DNA of 63,974 nucleotides, filler included, from Octopus bimaculoides (taxonomy: Eukaryota), in assembly GCF_001194135.2 (NCBI RefSeq). It is 5 parts of 5 records of this genome, joined end to end, with 100 filler letters (N's around TTAATTAATTAA, not from the genome) between each part and the next. Parts side by side here need not be neighbours in the genome. Positions count along the whole stretch, not along the records: positions 32,042 to 52,075 come from NC_069000.1; positions 52,176 to 59,837 come from NC_068990.1; positions 59,938 to 62,842 come from NC_068994.1; 2 more parts are not named here. One strand, 5' to 3'. Shown one piece after another: positions 49,371 to 62,942 of the stretch (positions within the stretch are counted from its first letter, which is position 1; each line of letters starts with the position of its first letter). The position numbers and the translations under genes are program-made. The notes under the pieces were generated by a model. That model was given only the letters and a program-made list of their open reading frames with translations. It searched no databases and was not told where the DNA came from.

Positions 49371-50499
49371 AACTAAAAGTTCATAAAAAAAAACGTTGGG
49401 GACGGTACAAAGCAATACAATGTGAGTTTAGATAAGAAGCGTGTAAAAAGTAAAACATGATAAAAATATAAATTCTAAGAATGAAAAATCCCGTCCCCGC
49501 CCCACGCAAAGGAGGTTTCTTACGTCTGCTCGCGGAAACTCATCAAAATTACGGTCGACCTGACCACTGGAGCAAGTTCCCTCTCCACACCGTCTTCCTT
49601 CAATCTATAAGCGCATGTTTAGAGTAGGCCCCGTTTACTTCTCTCTTTACCCTCACTTTCATCTGCTACCTTCATTTTCCCCACCCTCCGTCCGAGGTAT
49701 ATATATATGCATATATTCAATTTGCATGGAAATAACGGCATCAGAATATGAAATTATTTACACTATCGAAAACATATATTTAGTTGCTTTATACACGAAC
49801 AAATGTGTATAATACATGAACAAATGTGCTGATATATAAGTTACTAAAATCAGTGCCGGTTTTTCATAGCATTATTATAAGTAGGTGCAAGATTCTCTCG
49901 TTTTTTTCTCTTTTTTTTTTTATCTACATTTCGTATGAACTCTCTTGAGGAAACGATGGAAATCAATAAAAATCTAGACGACGTTGTCCTTAATTTAGGA
50001 TTCAGATGGCGCTTTGTGTTTAATCACAGTTTTACTTACTCAAAGTAGCTAAATACATGCTTATTAAACATGCGCTTGTCAATTTATTTACACACTCACA
50101 CATTATGTACTTGAGTTGTGTACATACATATCTATATATATGTGTGTATATATATGTGTATATATATATGAGTTGTATATATATATATATATATATATNN
50201 NNNNNNNNNNNNNNNNNNNNNNNNNNNNNNNNNNNNNNNNNNNNNNNNNNNNNNNNNNNNNNNNNNNNNNNNNNNNNNNNNNNNNNNNNNNNNNNNNNNN
50301 NNNNNNNNNNNNNNNNNNNNNNNNNNNNNNNNNNNNNNNNNNNNNNNNNNNNNNNNNNNNNNNNNNNNNNNNNNNNNNNNNNNNNNNNNNNNNNNNNNNN
50401 NNNNNNNNNNNNNNNNNNNNNNNNNNNNNNNNNNNNNNNNNNNNNNNNNNNNNNNNNNNNNNNNNNNNNNNNNNNNNNNNNNNNNNNNNNNNNNNNNNN

Positions 50500-51930
50500 T
50501 TACATATATTTCCTGTTCCACTTACAGAGTGTATCTGTAAAATTGTGTTAGCCGCTCTTTTTCTTTGTATAAAAACCTTAGATTTTCCCGGATTGTGGCT
50601 CGGGCATCTACAAACATAAACCGAGTTCACCATTCATTATTGGTATTAATGTAAATTCATAAACAGGGTAGAGAAGTTGCAAGTTTCGTAACAGTTGTCC
50701 GTGTATATTTACCATCTCACTGATTTTGGAAGAGATGTTCGCATTTGCAGGACAATTTATCTCTATGATTGAACATGACTTTTCTTTTCTGTTCCAAATT
50801 CAGGTCTGTTATATTTTCAATTAGTTGAGGTTTTGATGAAAACGTTTCACCAATATTTCTTGTGCTAGTATGTCTGTATTCCATAGCAGGAGTGTTACTT
50901 ACACCAGGGGTTTTCAAACTTTTTGACTTGCGGACCCCTTTATATTTCAGGCCTTACCTTATAAACGCTTATGAAATTTATACATAAATATTTCCTTAAA
51001 ATATCATATATTTTTACATTTATTTATTTGACAGTATTTAACAAGTAGGTTTATTGTCAATTAAAAGATTTCGATTAAAAAACATATAAAATCAAATTGC
51101 CCACAAAAAGTATTTGCTGTCCACGGATGCCCTGTCTTGTCCTTGCGGACCCCCTGTGGTCCGCGGACCACAGTTTGAAAAACCCTGACTTACACTATCA
51201 CAGGACCGTCTTTTCTGCGGATGGCATTGTATATTGTTTTAGCAATACCATCATGTGGGAGGTTGTACGTCGAAGACATTTTACGACAGTTGCTAATTAC
51301 ATGTGTTTTGTGCTCCAAAAATGAGAGTGACATAACCAACAGTAATGGTTACATATTAGTGTTTAAGGGGCTTCGTTGTCTCGTTCGTTTATGAGGTATT
51401 TTGTAGCTGTCTCCCGCTCTTGAATTGCGAAAACATAGCCTTCACTTTGTAATGTGAAGTAGGAGTAACAATTGTAGAAGAGGCTACAATTAATGTTAAT
51501 ATCGTTATCTTTTTCTAGTTTGAGGGAAACATACTCATGGTTAATCTTTTTGTGGTATGCACAGTGTTTTTCTTTCAGATATTTGATAAGATGGTGAGCC
51601 CTGGTCTTCTAAGTTCATATGGGAGGTCATCAGAAAATAGGTGTTTCTTCAAAAGTTCCCTCAATATACTACACTTCGTTTTCTTCGGCACGAGGTTGGT
51701 GAATTTTTGCTGCTATTGTTTAGCAGGAGCTTTTTGAGAGATATCACGCGGTACACTGAACTTAAACTGTCGATGCCACTGATTCTCTGCAATTCTATTG
51801 TTGAAGTAATGATTTTGCAGAGTTTTACGTCTGTGGAACGAACTTCCTCTACGGACCAGACGAGTGTTCCAAACGTCTCTATCAGAACGAGTATTGGAAA
51901 TACATTGTGGGGCATGGTCATGTGAGAGGG
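50500..51930 (-). mobile_element. Decayed RLE-clade LINE C-terminal region (distinct lineage), interrupted by a hAT MITE
   Basis: Minus strand SEGYVFAIQERETATKYLI..CWLC..ISNCRKMSST..HDGIAKTIYNAIRRKD; after the MITE, YNRP..IEINCPANANISSKISE..LLRNLQLLYP..LIPII..LQIHSVSGTGNIC. Confidence 0.85.
50905..51187. mobile_element. Complete hAT-type MITE (283 bp) with an 8-bp TSD
   Basis: TIRs CAGGGGTTTTCAAACT / AGTTTGAAAAACCCTG (15/16); TSD ACTTACAC at 50897-50904 and 51188-51195. Confidence 0.95.
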
Positions 51931-51943
51931 AAGCTTTGATTGG

Positions 51944-52055
51944 CAACCGGTATTAGTGTGTGTTTACACCCCCGTAACTTAGCGGTCCGGCAAAAGAGAC
52001 CGAATAAGTACCAGGCTTTAACGAAAAAAAAAGTTACTGTGGTTGATTCGTTCGA
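51944..52055 (+). mobile_element. SINE family B, 3' fragment
   Basis: caaccg..gtgtttacacccccgtaacttagcggt..gaataagtaccaggctt. Confidence 0.75.
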
Positions 52056-52175
52056 TTAAAATCCTTCAAGTTGATNNNNNNNNNNNNNNNNNNNNNNNNN
52101 NNNNNNNNNNNNNNNNNNNTTAATTAATTAANNNNNNNNNNNNNNNNNNNNNNNNNNNNNNNNNNNNNNNNNNNN

Positions 52176-52210
<35 letters not shown>

Positions 52211-52924
52211 TATACAGAGCTAGATAGAAATTAAAAGTAGAACCTGAAAAGACAAAAACCAAAACAAACAAAAAACTGGCAAAAACTAACACGAACAAAA
52301 CAAGACAATAGACCGACATAGGTTACAAGGAAGCCAAAGAATACAACACCAAGACACAACAATTAAAGAACAAAATAGTGAATAGACAAGAAATACTTGA
52401 AAGAGGGATTGAATGTAAATGAGGAAGTTGATGGTGGAATACAAAAGAAGTGAACAAAATGAAGACATACTCGAGTGGGAAAACGCAGTAAGGGGTTCGG
52501 AAGGGCTCGGAAAGACTCGAAACCGATAGTTAAAATGAAAGTAAAACTAGACTCAAAAGGAAGAAGTCCCTTTTCTTCTCTTTCTTTTTCTATTTCACTT
52601 TACCTAGTGATTTAAAAAAAATCTTTTTCGTATTTCAAATTTGCGTTTTTTATATTTTCTTTTTCATATATTGTGATTCATTATTTTTATTCATATGTTT
52701 TTATATTTTAATATTTATGTCATTGTTTGTTTTTTTTTTGGTGAAGAGGGGTGTATTTTTTTTTTTCAGTTACTTTATTCTTTTTATTCTTTTTCTTTTT
52801 CTTTCTGGTTTTCATTCATTTCTTGATCCTGAAAGAGTATCAACAGACTTGAAGAATGAAATGAAGTTAAAGGAAGAAAAAAGATATTTTCCCGAAATGT
52901 TTGCATAGGTAATAGGAAAAAAGA

Positions 52925-52931
52925 GATGATT

Positions 52932-52965
<34 letters not shown>

Positions 52966-53230
52966 CGACGACGACGACGATGACGATGACGGTGATGACG
53001 GTGATGACGATGATGATGATGTTGTTGTTGATGATGATGATGATGATCATGATCATGATCATGATGATGACGGTGGTGGTGGTGAAAGAGAAGAGGGAGG
53101 AGGAGAAAAAGGAGAAGAAAAAGAAAGCAGGTAGAGAAGAATCGCAAGCGAGCAAGTAGTAGTAGTGGTAGTAGCAGCAGAAGCAGCAGCAGCAGCTGCA
53201 GCAGCTGCAGCAGTTGCAGTTGTATTGGCA
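52925..53230. repeat. Compound trinucleotide low-complexity tract (GAT/GAC/GGT/GTA/GCA)
   Basis: Visible arrays. Confidence 0.9.
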
Positions 53231-54289
53231 TCAGTAGTATTAGTCGTGTTAGTGCTGATGCTGCGTTTATTTTGTATCAGAAGTTAAAGTTTATTGATGG
53301 CATCGACTTTAATACCAGTGACATTTTGGTAAAATATAAAGTGTTTTTTTCTGATTTTGTTGGTTTCAAATTGTCATCGACACTTCTGTTACTTCGCTTA
53401 TTTCTAGATAAAGGTTTTGACCTATACAAATCTACTTTCACTTTTGGGAAGAAATGGTATTTGCTAATCTGGTTACTGTTGTTTCACCTATCCAGTGTAA
53501 CCGGCCCTGCTAGGAACATGCCCTCTACTGGCCTTGTTCTTAGAATCATTGAGATGCCCAAGCCACCATTCCAAAACAAGGACTGGGGCTTCTGATACTG
53601 ATAGAACATGCCTATGATCAAATGTATTCCAGCCATGACCATCCTGTTTGTTTCCAGGGAACGCATGCCATATTATCCAATACGACTTCCCATTTTTAAG
53701 CCAATCTCTGTCATTTTAGGGCTGTTTGGTTACTATTTCTTGCATATCGAACGGCTACGCCGAGACCCCGTATGCTGCAGCCATTATTCTGGTTGTTATT
53801 TTTGTTATTGTTGATCTTTTTGTATTATAATTGCTGGTGTTTATGATAGTGGTGACAGTATCGATAGTGGTGGTGATGGATGATTGTGGTGATAGTCGTG
53901 GTCGGAGGTACTCATTGCAAAGATGAGCAAAATGGAGGGAGGATCATTAACTTTTAAGATTTGTCGTTGTTTCCTCTTCACATCATAAGACTCTTTCCCC
54001 ACCACTCTATCTTTTTCTCACTCTCTACCTTTTCTCGTCTTGTCCTCCAGTCTGTCGTCATTATATCTCCAATGAACCATGGAAACTTTCCTATTGCAAG
54101 GAACCGGAAGAACAACTGCTCATCTACTTCCTTGCATCCGGTCTTTCCACTTAGCCGTCTAACAAGACTCACAAACTGTCTTCTAATGAATACGAAGATG
54201 GCGATTCACAGACAGCGAAGTCAAGCTGTCTTTCTCTAAGTATTACCTAACCGACCATTGCATTCAACATATCTCCCTATCTTTCTCTG

Positions 54290-54292
<3 letters not shown>

Positions 54293-54371
<79 letters not shown>
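54293..54371. repeat. (CT)n microsatellite
   Basis: Visible array. Confidence 0.95.
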
Positions 54372-54373
<2 letters not shown>

Positions 54374-54622
54374 ATACACTTTTCATTCTCACTCCGTTCT
54401 ATCTCGTTTTATCATGTCAATTTCTCCATTTTAAACAATCCTGTCCATCTTTTTTCAATATATCTTGTAATTTATTTCATTTTGATTTTTATGTCTTTTA
54501 TGAACGTTTTATTCTATTTTTTAATCATTAATTTATCTCCCTCTTATGTATGTATGAATGTATACATTCATACAAACATACATACATACATACATACGTG
54601 CATACATACATACATACATACA

Positions 54623-54658
<36 letters not shown>

Positions 54659-55141
54659 GATACAATATACACACACTCACACATATATCTGTTCAGCTAT
54701 AATGCCATTCGTATTTCTCACCGGATATCTGCTTTTTGTCATAAACACATACACAGACACACACATACACGAACATATGAACACACAAATACAGACACAC
54801 ACAACACACACGCCCCCGCAAGTTTACACACGAAGACAAACATATACACGCAGTCAAGTATCAACTCATTTGGTATCTTACAGTAAATATTTATTTATAC
54901 AGCAGAGTTTTTAAAACACGTATATTCAGAGAGAGTGAGACAGACAGAGGGAGGGAGAGAGGAAAGAGAGAGAGAGAAAGAAACGGAGACAAAGAAGGAA
55001 AGAGGGATAATTGTCGGTTTTATTGCTTAAAAGTGATGAGAGAGAGAGAGAGAGAGATTGAAAGGGGACGAGACATGTGAGAAGAGAGCGAGTGAGAGTC
55101 GAACATAGAAAGAACACAATAGACAGATAGGTAGATAGATG

Positions 55142-55206
<65 letters not shown>

Positions 55207-55608
55207 TTAGATACATACATACATACATACATGCATACATACATACATACACGCATATGAAACTGGTGAAGTATAAAGAAAGTGATTTTAATATGAAATA
55301 ATAAACTTTACAAATAAACTGTGAGGTTCACTATCATTTTAACGCCTGATGTCACTTGAGAAACTCACTGAATGCTATAAGGAAGTCAACGAAGAAATGT
55401 TATGAATGCTATAGTTTTGGACGATGGTTCGTAACTAAACATAATATCTGCACGTAGTGTTACGGTACAATAGACGCTCTTCGCACCCAATACGTTTGAG
55501 ACCAATAACTACACCTGGAGTATACGTGATTTTCTTCTTGCCCGGCTTACAAATGGGATTTCTGCAATAGTCTAACAATAGGGTAACAGTTTTTCAATAA
55601 AACTAACT

Positions 55609-55647
<39 letters not shown>

Positions 55648-55881
55648 NNNNNNNNNNNNNNNNNNNNNNNNNNNNNNNNNNNNNNNNNNNNNNNNNNNNN
55701 NNNNNNNNNNNNNNNNNNNNNNNNNNNNNNNNNNNNNNNNNNNNNNNNNNNNNNNNNNNNNNNNNNNNNNNNNNNNNNNNNNNNNNNNNNNNNNNNNNNN
55801 NNNNNNNNNNNNNNNNNNNNNNNNNNNNNNNNNNNNNNNNNNNNNNNNNNNNNNNNNNNNNNNNNNNNNNNNNNNNNNNNN

Positions 55882-55919
<38 letters not shown>

Positions 55920-55947
55920 ATATATGTATGTATGTATGTATGTATAT

Positions 55948-56150
55948 GTGTGTCTGTGTTTGTCCTCCCACCATCGCTTGACAACCGATGTTGGTAAGTT
56001 TACATCCCCGTAAGCTAGCGTTTCGGCAAAAGAAACCGATAGAATAAATACTATGCTTACAAAGAATAAGTCCTGGGGGCGTTTATTTCGACTAAAAGGT
56101 GGTATTCCAGCTTGGCCGCAGTTAAATGACTGAAACAAGTAACAGAATAA
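55948..56150 (+). mobile_element. SINE family B, 3' half
   Basis: gtgtttgtcc..atcgcttgacaaccgatg..cttacaaagaataagtcctgggg..gcagttaaatgactgaaacaagtaa. Confidence 0.85.
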
Positions 56151-57478
56151 AAGAATATATGTATACATATGCAAACGAAGATAGTTCTGAATCATGTCAG
56201 TTTGATGAAAATAGTAGAAACATTTGTGTTGTATGGATAATTGTATAGGAGAGAGAAGTGACCGAATGTCCCGATTTCCCTAATTAGATGTCATTAATTG
56301 TTGTAGATATACTATAATATTTACATTGATGATCCCCCAAGAAAAGTACATACAGCACAATTTCTTAATGAAAATACCGCAGCCACAAAAAAAAAAAGTC
56401 ATGATTTTGTTCCTGTTTAAGTGTGGTGAATGTAAAAGAAAACCACTTCTTCCCCAAAACAGTTTGATTGAACATGGAAGGTGATGGATGAGCAGAACCG
56501 TTTTAGTGCGGTATTTCTTCCATTTTTTTTTGTTTGTACCGCCAAGTTCAAATCCCGCTGAGGTCACCTGTGCCTTTTATTCTTTCGTGGTCGATAAATT
56601 AAAATGCCAGTCAAGTACTCGAGAGAATAGTAATTACCAGTATCCGTCTCCAACAAAACTGCTAGCTTTGTGTCGAAATTAGATATCATTGTATGGAAAT
56701 ATGCAATGTATGTATATGTGTACATTTACTATGATACTATACACCTTTCAGTATATAGTAAAGGGATATGTGTGTGTTGTGTGGGCGGGGGGAGTGTCTG
56801 AGTGTGCATGTGTACATATATTTTCCTCATTATAAACCTATTTTTACATAGGAAAATACAATATATGCATATTTGTATGTTTACTATATCTTCCATCATA
56901 GAGAACTAAATTGATCTTTATCTGTAGATATATGAAAATTAATTGAAGAATGCCCAACATTATTTGTAAGGTCTTAGATTCCGAAAATATTTAAAAGTAA
57001 TATTTTTGTTACAATCCAAAATTCCATATCAAGTCATTGAAATATTTCACATATTCCATGATTTCCAACGTCGACTGTAACAAAGTAGTAACTTACCACA
57101 AAACAAGTATGGCGTTGTTTCATGTAATTCCATTAGATGATCAGCAATGATCTAGAACTTTTAATAAACGTTAATGATTGGAAGCAAAAGGAATTTTTTT
57201 TTTTCGCAAAAACCGGCAGAGTTTTTTGTTTCTGATACATCGGACATTGGAGCTCAGAAATAACATTCAATAAACCTTCTCACTACATATTATAATATTC
57301 AACATTCTATGTTCTTGGTGCATTCAGTCACTGGACTGTGGGCTCGCTGGAGTAACACATTTAAGTCTCGTACGCATTTTATTGAAATCTATTTGTCGAA
57401 CCACTGAGTTACAAGACGAAAACGAGCATCATAGTCTCAATGTTAAGACATTCACATAGACACACACACACACACACA

Positions 57479-57530
<52 letters not shown>

Positions 57531-57565
57531 NNNNNNNNNNNNNNNNNNNNNNNNNNNNNNNNNNN

Positions 57566-57599
<34 letters not shown>

Positions 57600-58689
57600 T
57601 AAAAACCTCCGCACCAGCTCTGTCTATGAAATCTCATTCACAAAGCATCGGTGAACCAGGGGCTGTTCGCGAATACACTTGCTCAATGTGCCTCGCAGAG
57701 AGAGCGGACCCCAAACTACATATTTGCGAACCAAATTTATCAAAGAAACAGGCATGTCTGTGTCTTGTTGTTAGCATTAAATCTATAAAAATATCTAAAG
57801 TTTCTTGTTATAGAATGCTTAATCAAGCTTGTTCGTGCATTTAATAGCTGGATAAAAGAAGTAAATTTCAACAGACAACAAAATAATAATTTTTGTTACC
57901 TTGATAAATAATTATTGATGAAAAATAATAAGTCGACTTTCCAAGCCCCAGTGGTTACTGAGATACCATTGTGAATTGTGAAATAATTAAACAAGCAAAT
58001 AAACGTGATGAAAATCAAATTTGTTGATCGTTGGTTGTATTGGACTACGAGTAATGAGGCATAGATAAAACTCAATTTTTTCCAACAATGTATTTGTTTT
58101 CTTTTGATTAACTATAGCCTCAACTGGAGAAGTAAGTAGATAGTCGATGGTTCAAATCTCTTATACTCAGTTTAGTTAGGTGTAACTAAATATTGTTTGC
58201 AAGCAGAGCACCTATACACATCTACATATAGTGTGTATAGTATAAACTTCGCTTATACTAATGTACCCACGGTTATAGCTAAAAATATTGACTCCCAGAC
58301 CACTATTGTGTCTTCGAGTTCTTTATTGTAAGGAGCTTGACCATGTTTATATAAGCTGTTTATATATGTAATGTGTGTGTGTGTATGTGAACGAGAGAGA
58401 GAGAGTGAGAGAGGGAATGAGAGGGAGAGAGGGAGGAAGAGAGAGAGAGAGAGGGGGTGTCAAAGAGAGAGAGCACGTAGATTCTATTATACGTATGTCT
58501 TTATTATTCAGAGTTCTCTACATAATATTCATAAATTTGCACCACGAATATTATGTAGAGAACTCTGTGGAGTACTTCACATGTTTACCGTCTACGACTT
58601 GCAACAGTCCAAGCTAAACGTTAACAATAATAACCTTCCTAGTCCCAAAGGGTCTGTGAAGGCCATGGACCGAGCCCTTCCATCTAGAC

Positions 58690-59085
58690 TTTTTATCTGC
58701 CGCCTATTTCAGTCGTTGGACTGGGGACATGCTGGGGCAACACCTTTAAGTATTTAGTCGACAAATCGGCAGCAATACTTATTTTAAGATTTTGTGCTTA
58801 ATTCATCAGACTCATTTGCTGAACCGCTGTGTGAGAGGTTTGCAAACTAACACTGGTTGTCAAGCGAGGGGAGGGCAGGAAACAAGCACAAAGATACCTC
58901 TCCCCCATATATATGTAAATATTTATACACACGTCGGTCTTCCACACACACTTACCACCCGCCAAATTCCTTAACAAGACATTAGTCGACCCTGGGCTAT
59001 TGTTGAAAACACTTGCCGATGGTGCCGTACAGTGGCATTGAACATGAGCCACATCGTTGCAAAGCGAGCTTCTTAAACGTACAGC
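58690..59085 (-). mobile_element. SINE family B, old and degenerate
   Basis: ggccatgc-like tail, ggttgtcaagcga, tgaacatgagccacat..agcgagcttctt head remnants. Confidence 0.6.
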
Positions 59086-59296
59086 CGTATGGTTAAGCTT
59101 CTTAACCATACGCCTATACAGAAATGAAAAATAATATAATCTACGGTGTCACAGCGGTTCAGATCTCATATTCTCATATTCCTAATCATTTTAACACATT
59201 CGCTCCTTTATTTCTTGTCTGATAGTTTGAATCTTGCTCACTTCTATTTTATTCAAATATCCCTATCCCACCAAATTTCAGGCTTTATATTAGAAA

Positions 59297-59345
<49 letters not shown>

Positions 59346-59354
59346 CGCGTGTGT

Positions 59355-59535
59355 GTGTGTGTTTGTCCCCCTAATATCGCTTGACAACCGATGCAGTTGG
59401 GTTGACGTCCCTGTAACTTAGTGGTTCAGCATAAGAGTCCGATAAAATAAGTACTAGGCTTACAAAGAGTAAGTCCTGGGGTCGATTTCGTTGACTGAAG
59501 CGGTGCTCCAGCATGACCGCTGAAAAATGGATAAA
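59355..59535 (+). mobile_element. SINE family B, 3' half
   Basis: Homologous to 55948-56150. Confidence 0.85.
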
Positions 59536-59583
59536 AGAATAGAGGATTATATATATATGTATGTATGTATATATATATATATA

Positions 59584-59790
59584 CTCTTTTACTTGTTTCC
59601 GTCATATCACTGCGGCCATGCTGTAGCACCACCTTCAGTCGAGCAAATCAGCCCCAGGTCTTATTCTTTGTAAGCCTAGTACTTATTCTTTAGGGTATTT
59701 TTGCTGAACCGCTAGGTTACGGGGACATAAACACACCAGCATTGGTTGTCAAGCGATGTTGGGTGGGGGGACAAACACAGACACACAAAC
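59584..59790 (-). mobile_element. SINE family B, 3' half, tail-to-tail with the previous copy
   Basis: Reverse-complement homologue ~50 bp downstream. Confidence 0.85.
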
Positions 59791-59797
59791 ACACACA

Positions 59798-59837
<40 letters not shown>

Positions 59838-59965
59838 NNNNNNNNNNNNNNNNNNNNNNNNNNNNNNNNNNNNNNNNNNNNTTAATTAATTAANNNNNNN
59901 NNNNNNNNNNNNNNNNNNNNNNNNNNNNNNNNNNNNNCACTTCCTTTTAGAGAAGTAATAATATA

Positions 59966-60120
59966 ATGTTGGTTTCAAATTTTGGCACAAGGCCAGAAAT
60001 TTCATCCGAAAGGATGAAAGGCAAAGTCGACTCCTGGCGGCGTTTAAACTCAGAGCTTAAAGTCGGAAGATATGCCGCTAAGCATTTTTTCCGGCGCAGT
60101 AACAAGTCTACTAGCCGCCT
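59966..60120 (-). mobile_element. SINE family C with an internal deletion
   Basis: ggcacaaggccagaaattt joined to ccgaaaggatgaaaggcaaagtcgac..gctaagcatttt. Confidence 0.75.
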
Positions 60121-60229
60121 TGTTTTCTTCTCTTACACACTCGTAGCTGAAAAGTTCAAAACTTTCCGCGGTAAATCCCTCGCTGGTGCTGCAGATTAGA
60201 GAGGGATTACTAGGAAGTCGACATAATAC

Positions 60230-60260
<31 letters not shown>

Positions 60261-60387
60261 AATACAAAATAATACAAAAGGAAAAATGTTTCAGTCACCG
60301 ATGTCAAAATCAGATAAAGCAATAGGATTAATGAATGAACTAATGTTTTCTTCTCCTTATCGGATAAGTATTATTAAATCATTAAAT

Positions 60388-60604
60388 TTAAGGTGGCAAG
60401 CTGGTAGAATCGTTAGGATGCCGGACAAAATGCTTAGCGGTATTTCGTCTGCCACAACGTTCTCAGTTCAAATTCCGCCATGGTCGACTTGGCCTTTCAT
60501 TCTTCCGGGTTTGATAAATCAAATACCAGTGAAACACTGGAGTCAATGTAATCGACTGTTCCACTTCCCACAAAATCCAGGCCTTGTGCTTATAGTAGAA
60601 AGGG
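60388..60604 (+). mobile_element. SINE family C, full length
   Basis: aaggtggcaagctggtagaatcgttag..agttcaaattccgcc..ggccttgtgcttatagtagaaag. Confidence 0.85.
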
Positions 60605-60849
60605 TTAATTAATTAGATGCTTTTTTCTTTTGTCTTCGTCACATTAGGTAAGAAGGATCGCTTGCATTCGACTCGACTTGCCGTTCGGAGTGACGTACTT
60701 AGTAGAGCAGCTACCACACNNNNNNNNNNAGCTACCACACTGCGATCTAGTGAGTCTTTTCTCGCGAACGACACGATCCGCCAAAAAAAAAAAATAAATA
60801 AAAATAAGTACGAAGGCATTGATTTGATTAAAATTCATAATCATGAAAG

Positions 60850-61170
60850 CGCATGGCTCAGTGGTTAGAGGGTCGAGCTTACGATCGTAAGATTGTGAGT
60901 TCGAACCGGGCTGCGTGTTGTGTTCTTGAGCAAGACACTTTATTTCACGTTGCTCCAGTTCACTCAGCTGTAGAAATGAGTTGTGACGTCATAGGTGCCA
61001 AGCTGTATCGGCCTTTGCCTTTCCCTTGGATAACATCGGTGGTGTGGAGAGGAGAGGCTGGTATGCATGGGCAACTGCTGGTCTTCCATAAACAACCTTG
61101 CCAGGACTTGTGCCTGGGAGGGTAATTTTCTAGGTGCAATCCCATGGTCAGTCATGACTGAAGGGGGTCT
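60850..61170 (+). mobile_element. tRNA-derived SINE family D
   Basis: A-box-like tggctcagtgg, B-box-like gagttcgaacc, core tgtgttcttgagcaagacacttta; unique tail. Confidence 0.8.
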
Positions 61171-61329
61171 CAGCAACTCTAGCGCTGAGAAAGTTGAAAT
61201 TGTCTGATGTACGCGGGATGCTACAAACTACTATTGTATGAGAGTCGATGTAGAAGCGAAATGGTTAACAGGATAACATATTAGAATACCCTACCTTTTA
61301 AGTACTGGGGTTGATTTATTCGACTAAAC

Positions 61330-61470
61330 CAGTGATTTTCAACCCTTGGGGGGTCCACATAAAATTTTGTTGCTAAAAGTTTATATGCAATAAACTGATA
61401 ATACTTCAACAATATTCAAAATATTTTACCAATTTTTAAAATACAGTTTCTAATAATATTTCGTTATAAA
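61330..61470. mobile_element. Possible hAT MITE left end
   Basis: CAGTGATTTTCAACC..ggggtcc start; no right TIR found. Confidence 0.35.
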
Positions 61471-62738
61471 ATATAACAGAATTTGGTATTTTTGGGTTAT
61501 CTCACCCCCATTAAAAAATTGCCATATCTCCCCACTAAAAAGTTCAGTTTATGAGACAAGAGATTGGGTTAAAAGAGTTAGATTCCTTTTGATTCAATAC
61601 TTCAACACATCGTTGGCGTTTAGCCTCCTCAATAGGCATGGTGTGATTTGTTATAAAAATATTATTAGATTCAATAAGATGTTTAATTTTTTTCAATCAT
61701 AAAAATGCGAATATCTCTGAAACGGTTAGTTTGCTCTGTAGCGTAGACTCGGTTGAAATTCCTCTCTCCCATTTATTATGTATATATGCATTCGAACGTA
61801 GCAGGGACCAGCTAGCCTTTGGCCGCTATTTGGATCCCGTTGTGTCCACTACTCTAATTGGTTGGTATTGGCGCAATTTGTCTCTTACTCGATTGGCGCC
61901 AACTTGCAGTGTATAAACTGTCGGAGGCTTTAAATAAGATCACGTGGGACAACCTGCTTACTACCCTGTTTGAGCTCACATCTTATAAAAACTCCACTTT
62001 TCCTCGTCCAGCAGCATTATGACAACCACCTACTTCGTCGTCAACATCATCTCTCTTCGTACACAGCTCAGCAAGCAATTCACCCAACAGTTCACTGTTC
62101 GTGAATTATTTCATCACGGATCAACAACGAATATACAACCTGCATGAACTGTACAAGTGACCCAGGCAGCAGCATCACAACCACGACTTCATATACGCCA
62201 TGTACCTATAACCGGCTCAGCATCATTGCCGCAACTTCTTGATACAGTATTTCATCTACCATGTACGACTGACTACGAACTGGTATTTTTCTTGTGTCTA
62301 TGAACTTACTTCTCACTTCGATGGCTATAGACTCTTTCACTGTTTTCCTCTTGTTGCTATCCTTATATGTTCTTAACACGTACATGCATCTGCCTACACA
62401 CACATACATTTTATTCTCATAACGGCCTTTCTATTATTCTGTATACATGACACACAGACATACATGGTAACATATCAATAAATGTTCTCTTAATAATTCT
62501 ACGCGGCTGTGTCACTTTTCCATCTAGCATTTATTTGTTCCATTCTATTTCTCTTTATTGTAAGGGCTGTGTGATGCGGTATAAAAGAGCCATTCTTCAC
62601 ACCCGCATCCACGGTCCTTACAACCCTAATTTTTATTGCGTTTTTCATAATGTACACGTTCATTTTACCCTAGAAAACTGTTTTTTAAAAATTTGTTGTT
62701 GGGAAAGATTCTTTTACTTTCGTTTTACCTTCGCCTAT

Positions 62739-62842
62739 GGAGGCACAATGGCCTAGTGGTTAGGGCAGCGGACTCGCGGTCATAGGATCGCGGTTTCGAT
62801 TCCCAGACCGGGCGTTGTGAGTGTTTATTGAGCGAAAACACC
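62739..62842 (+). mobile_element. SINE family A head (truncated by a gap)
   Basis: Matches 38498-38600. Confidence 0.9.
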
Positions 62843-62942
62843 NNNNNNNNNNNNNNNNNNNNNNNNNNNNNNNNNNNNNNNNNNNNTTAATTAATTAANN
62901 NNNNNNNNNNNNNNNNNNNNNNNNNNNNNNNNNNNNNNNNNN

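Noticed and set aside
52784-53231. His/Asp/Met/Gln-rich ORFs resembling low-complexity or biomineralization proteins
   Set aside because: Open in several frames on both strands because trinucleotide arrays lack stops; no splice or homology support.
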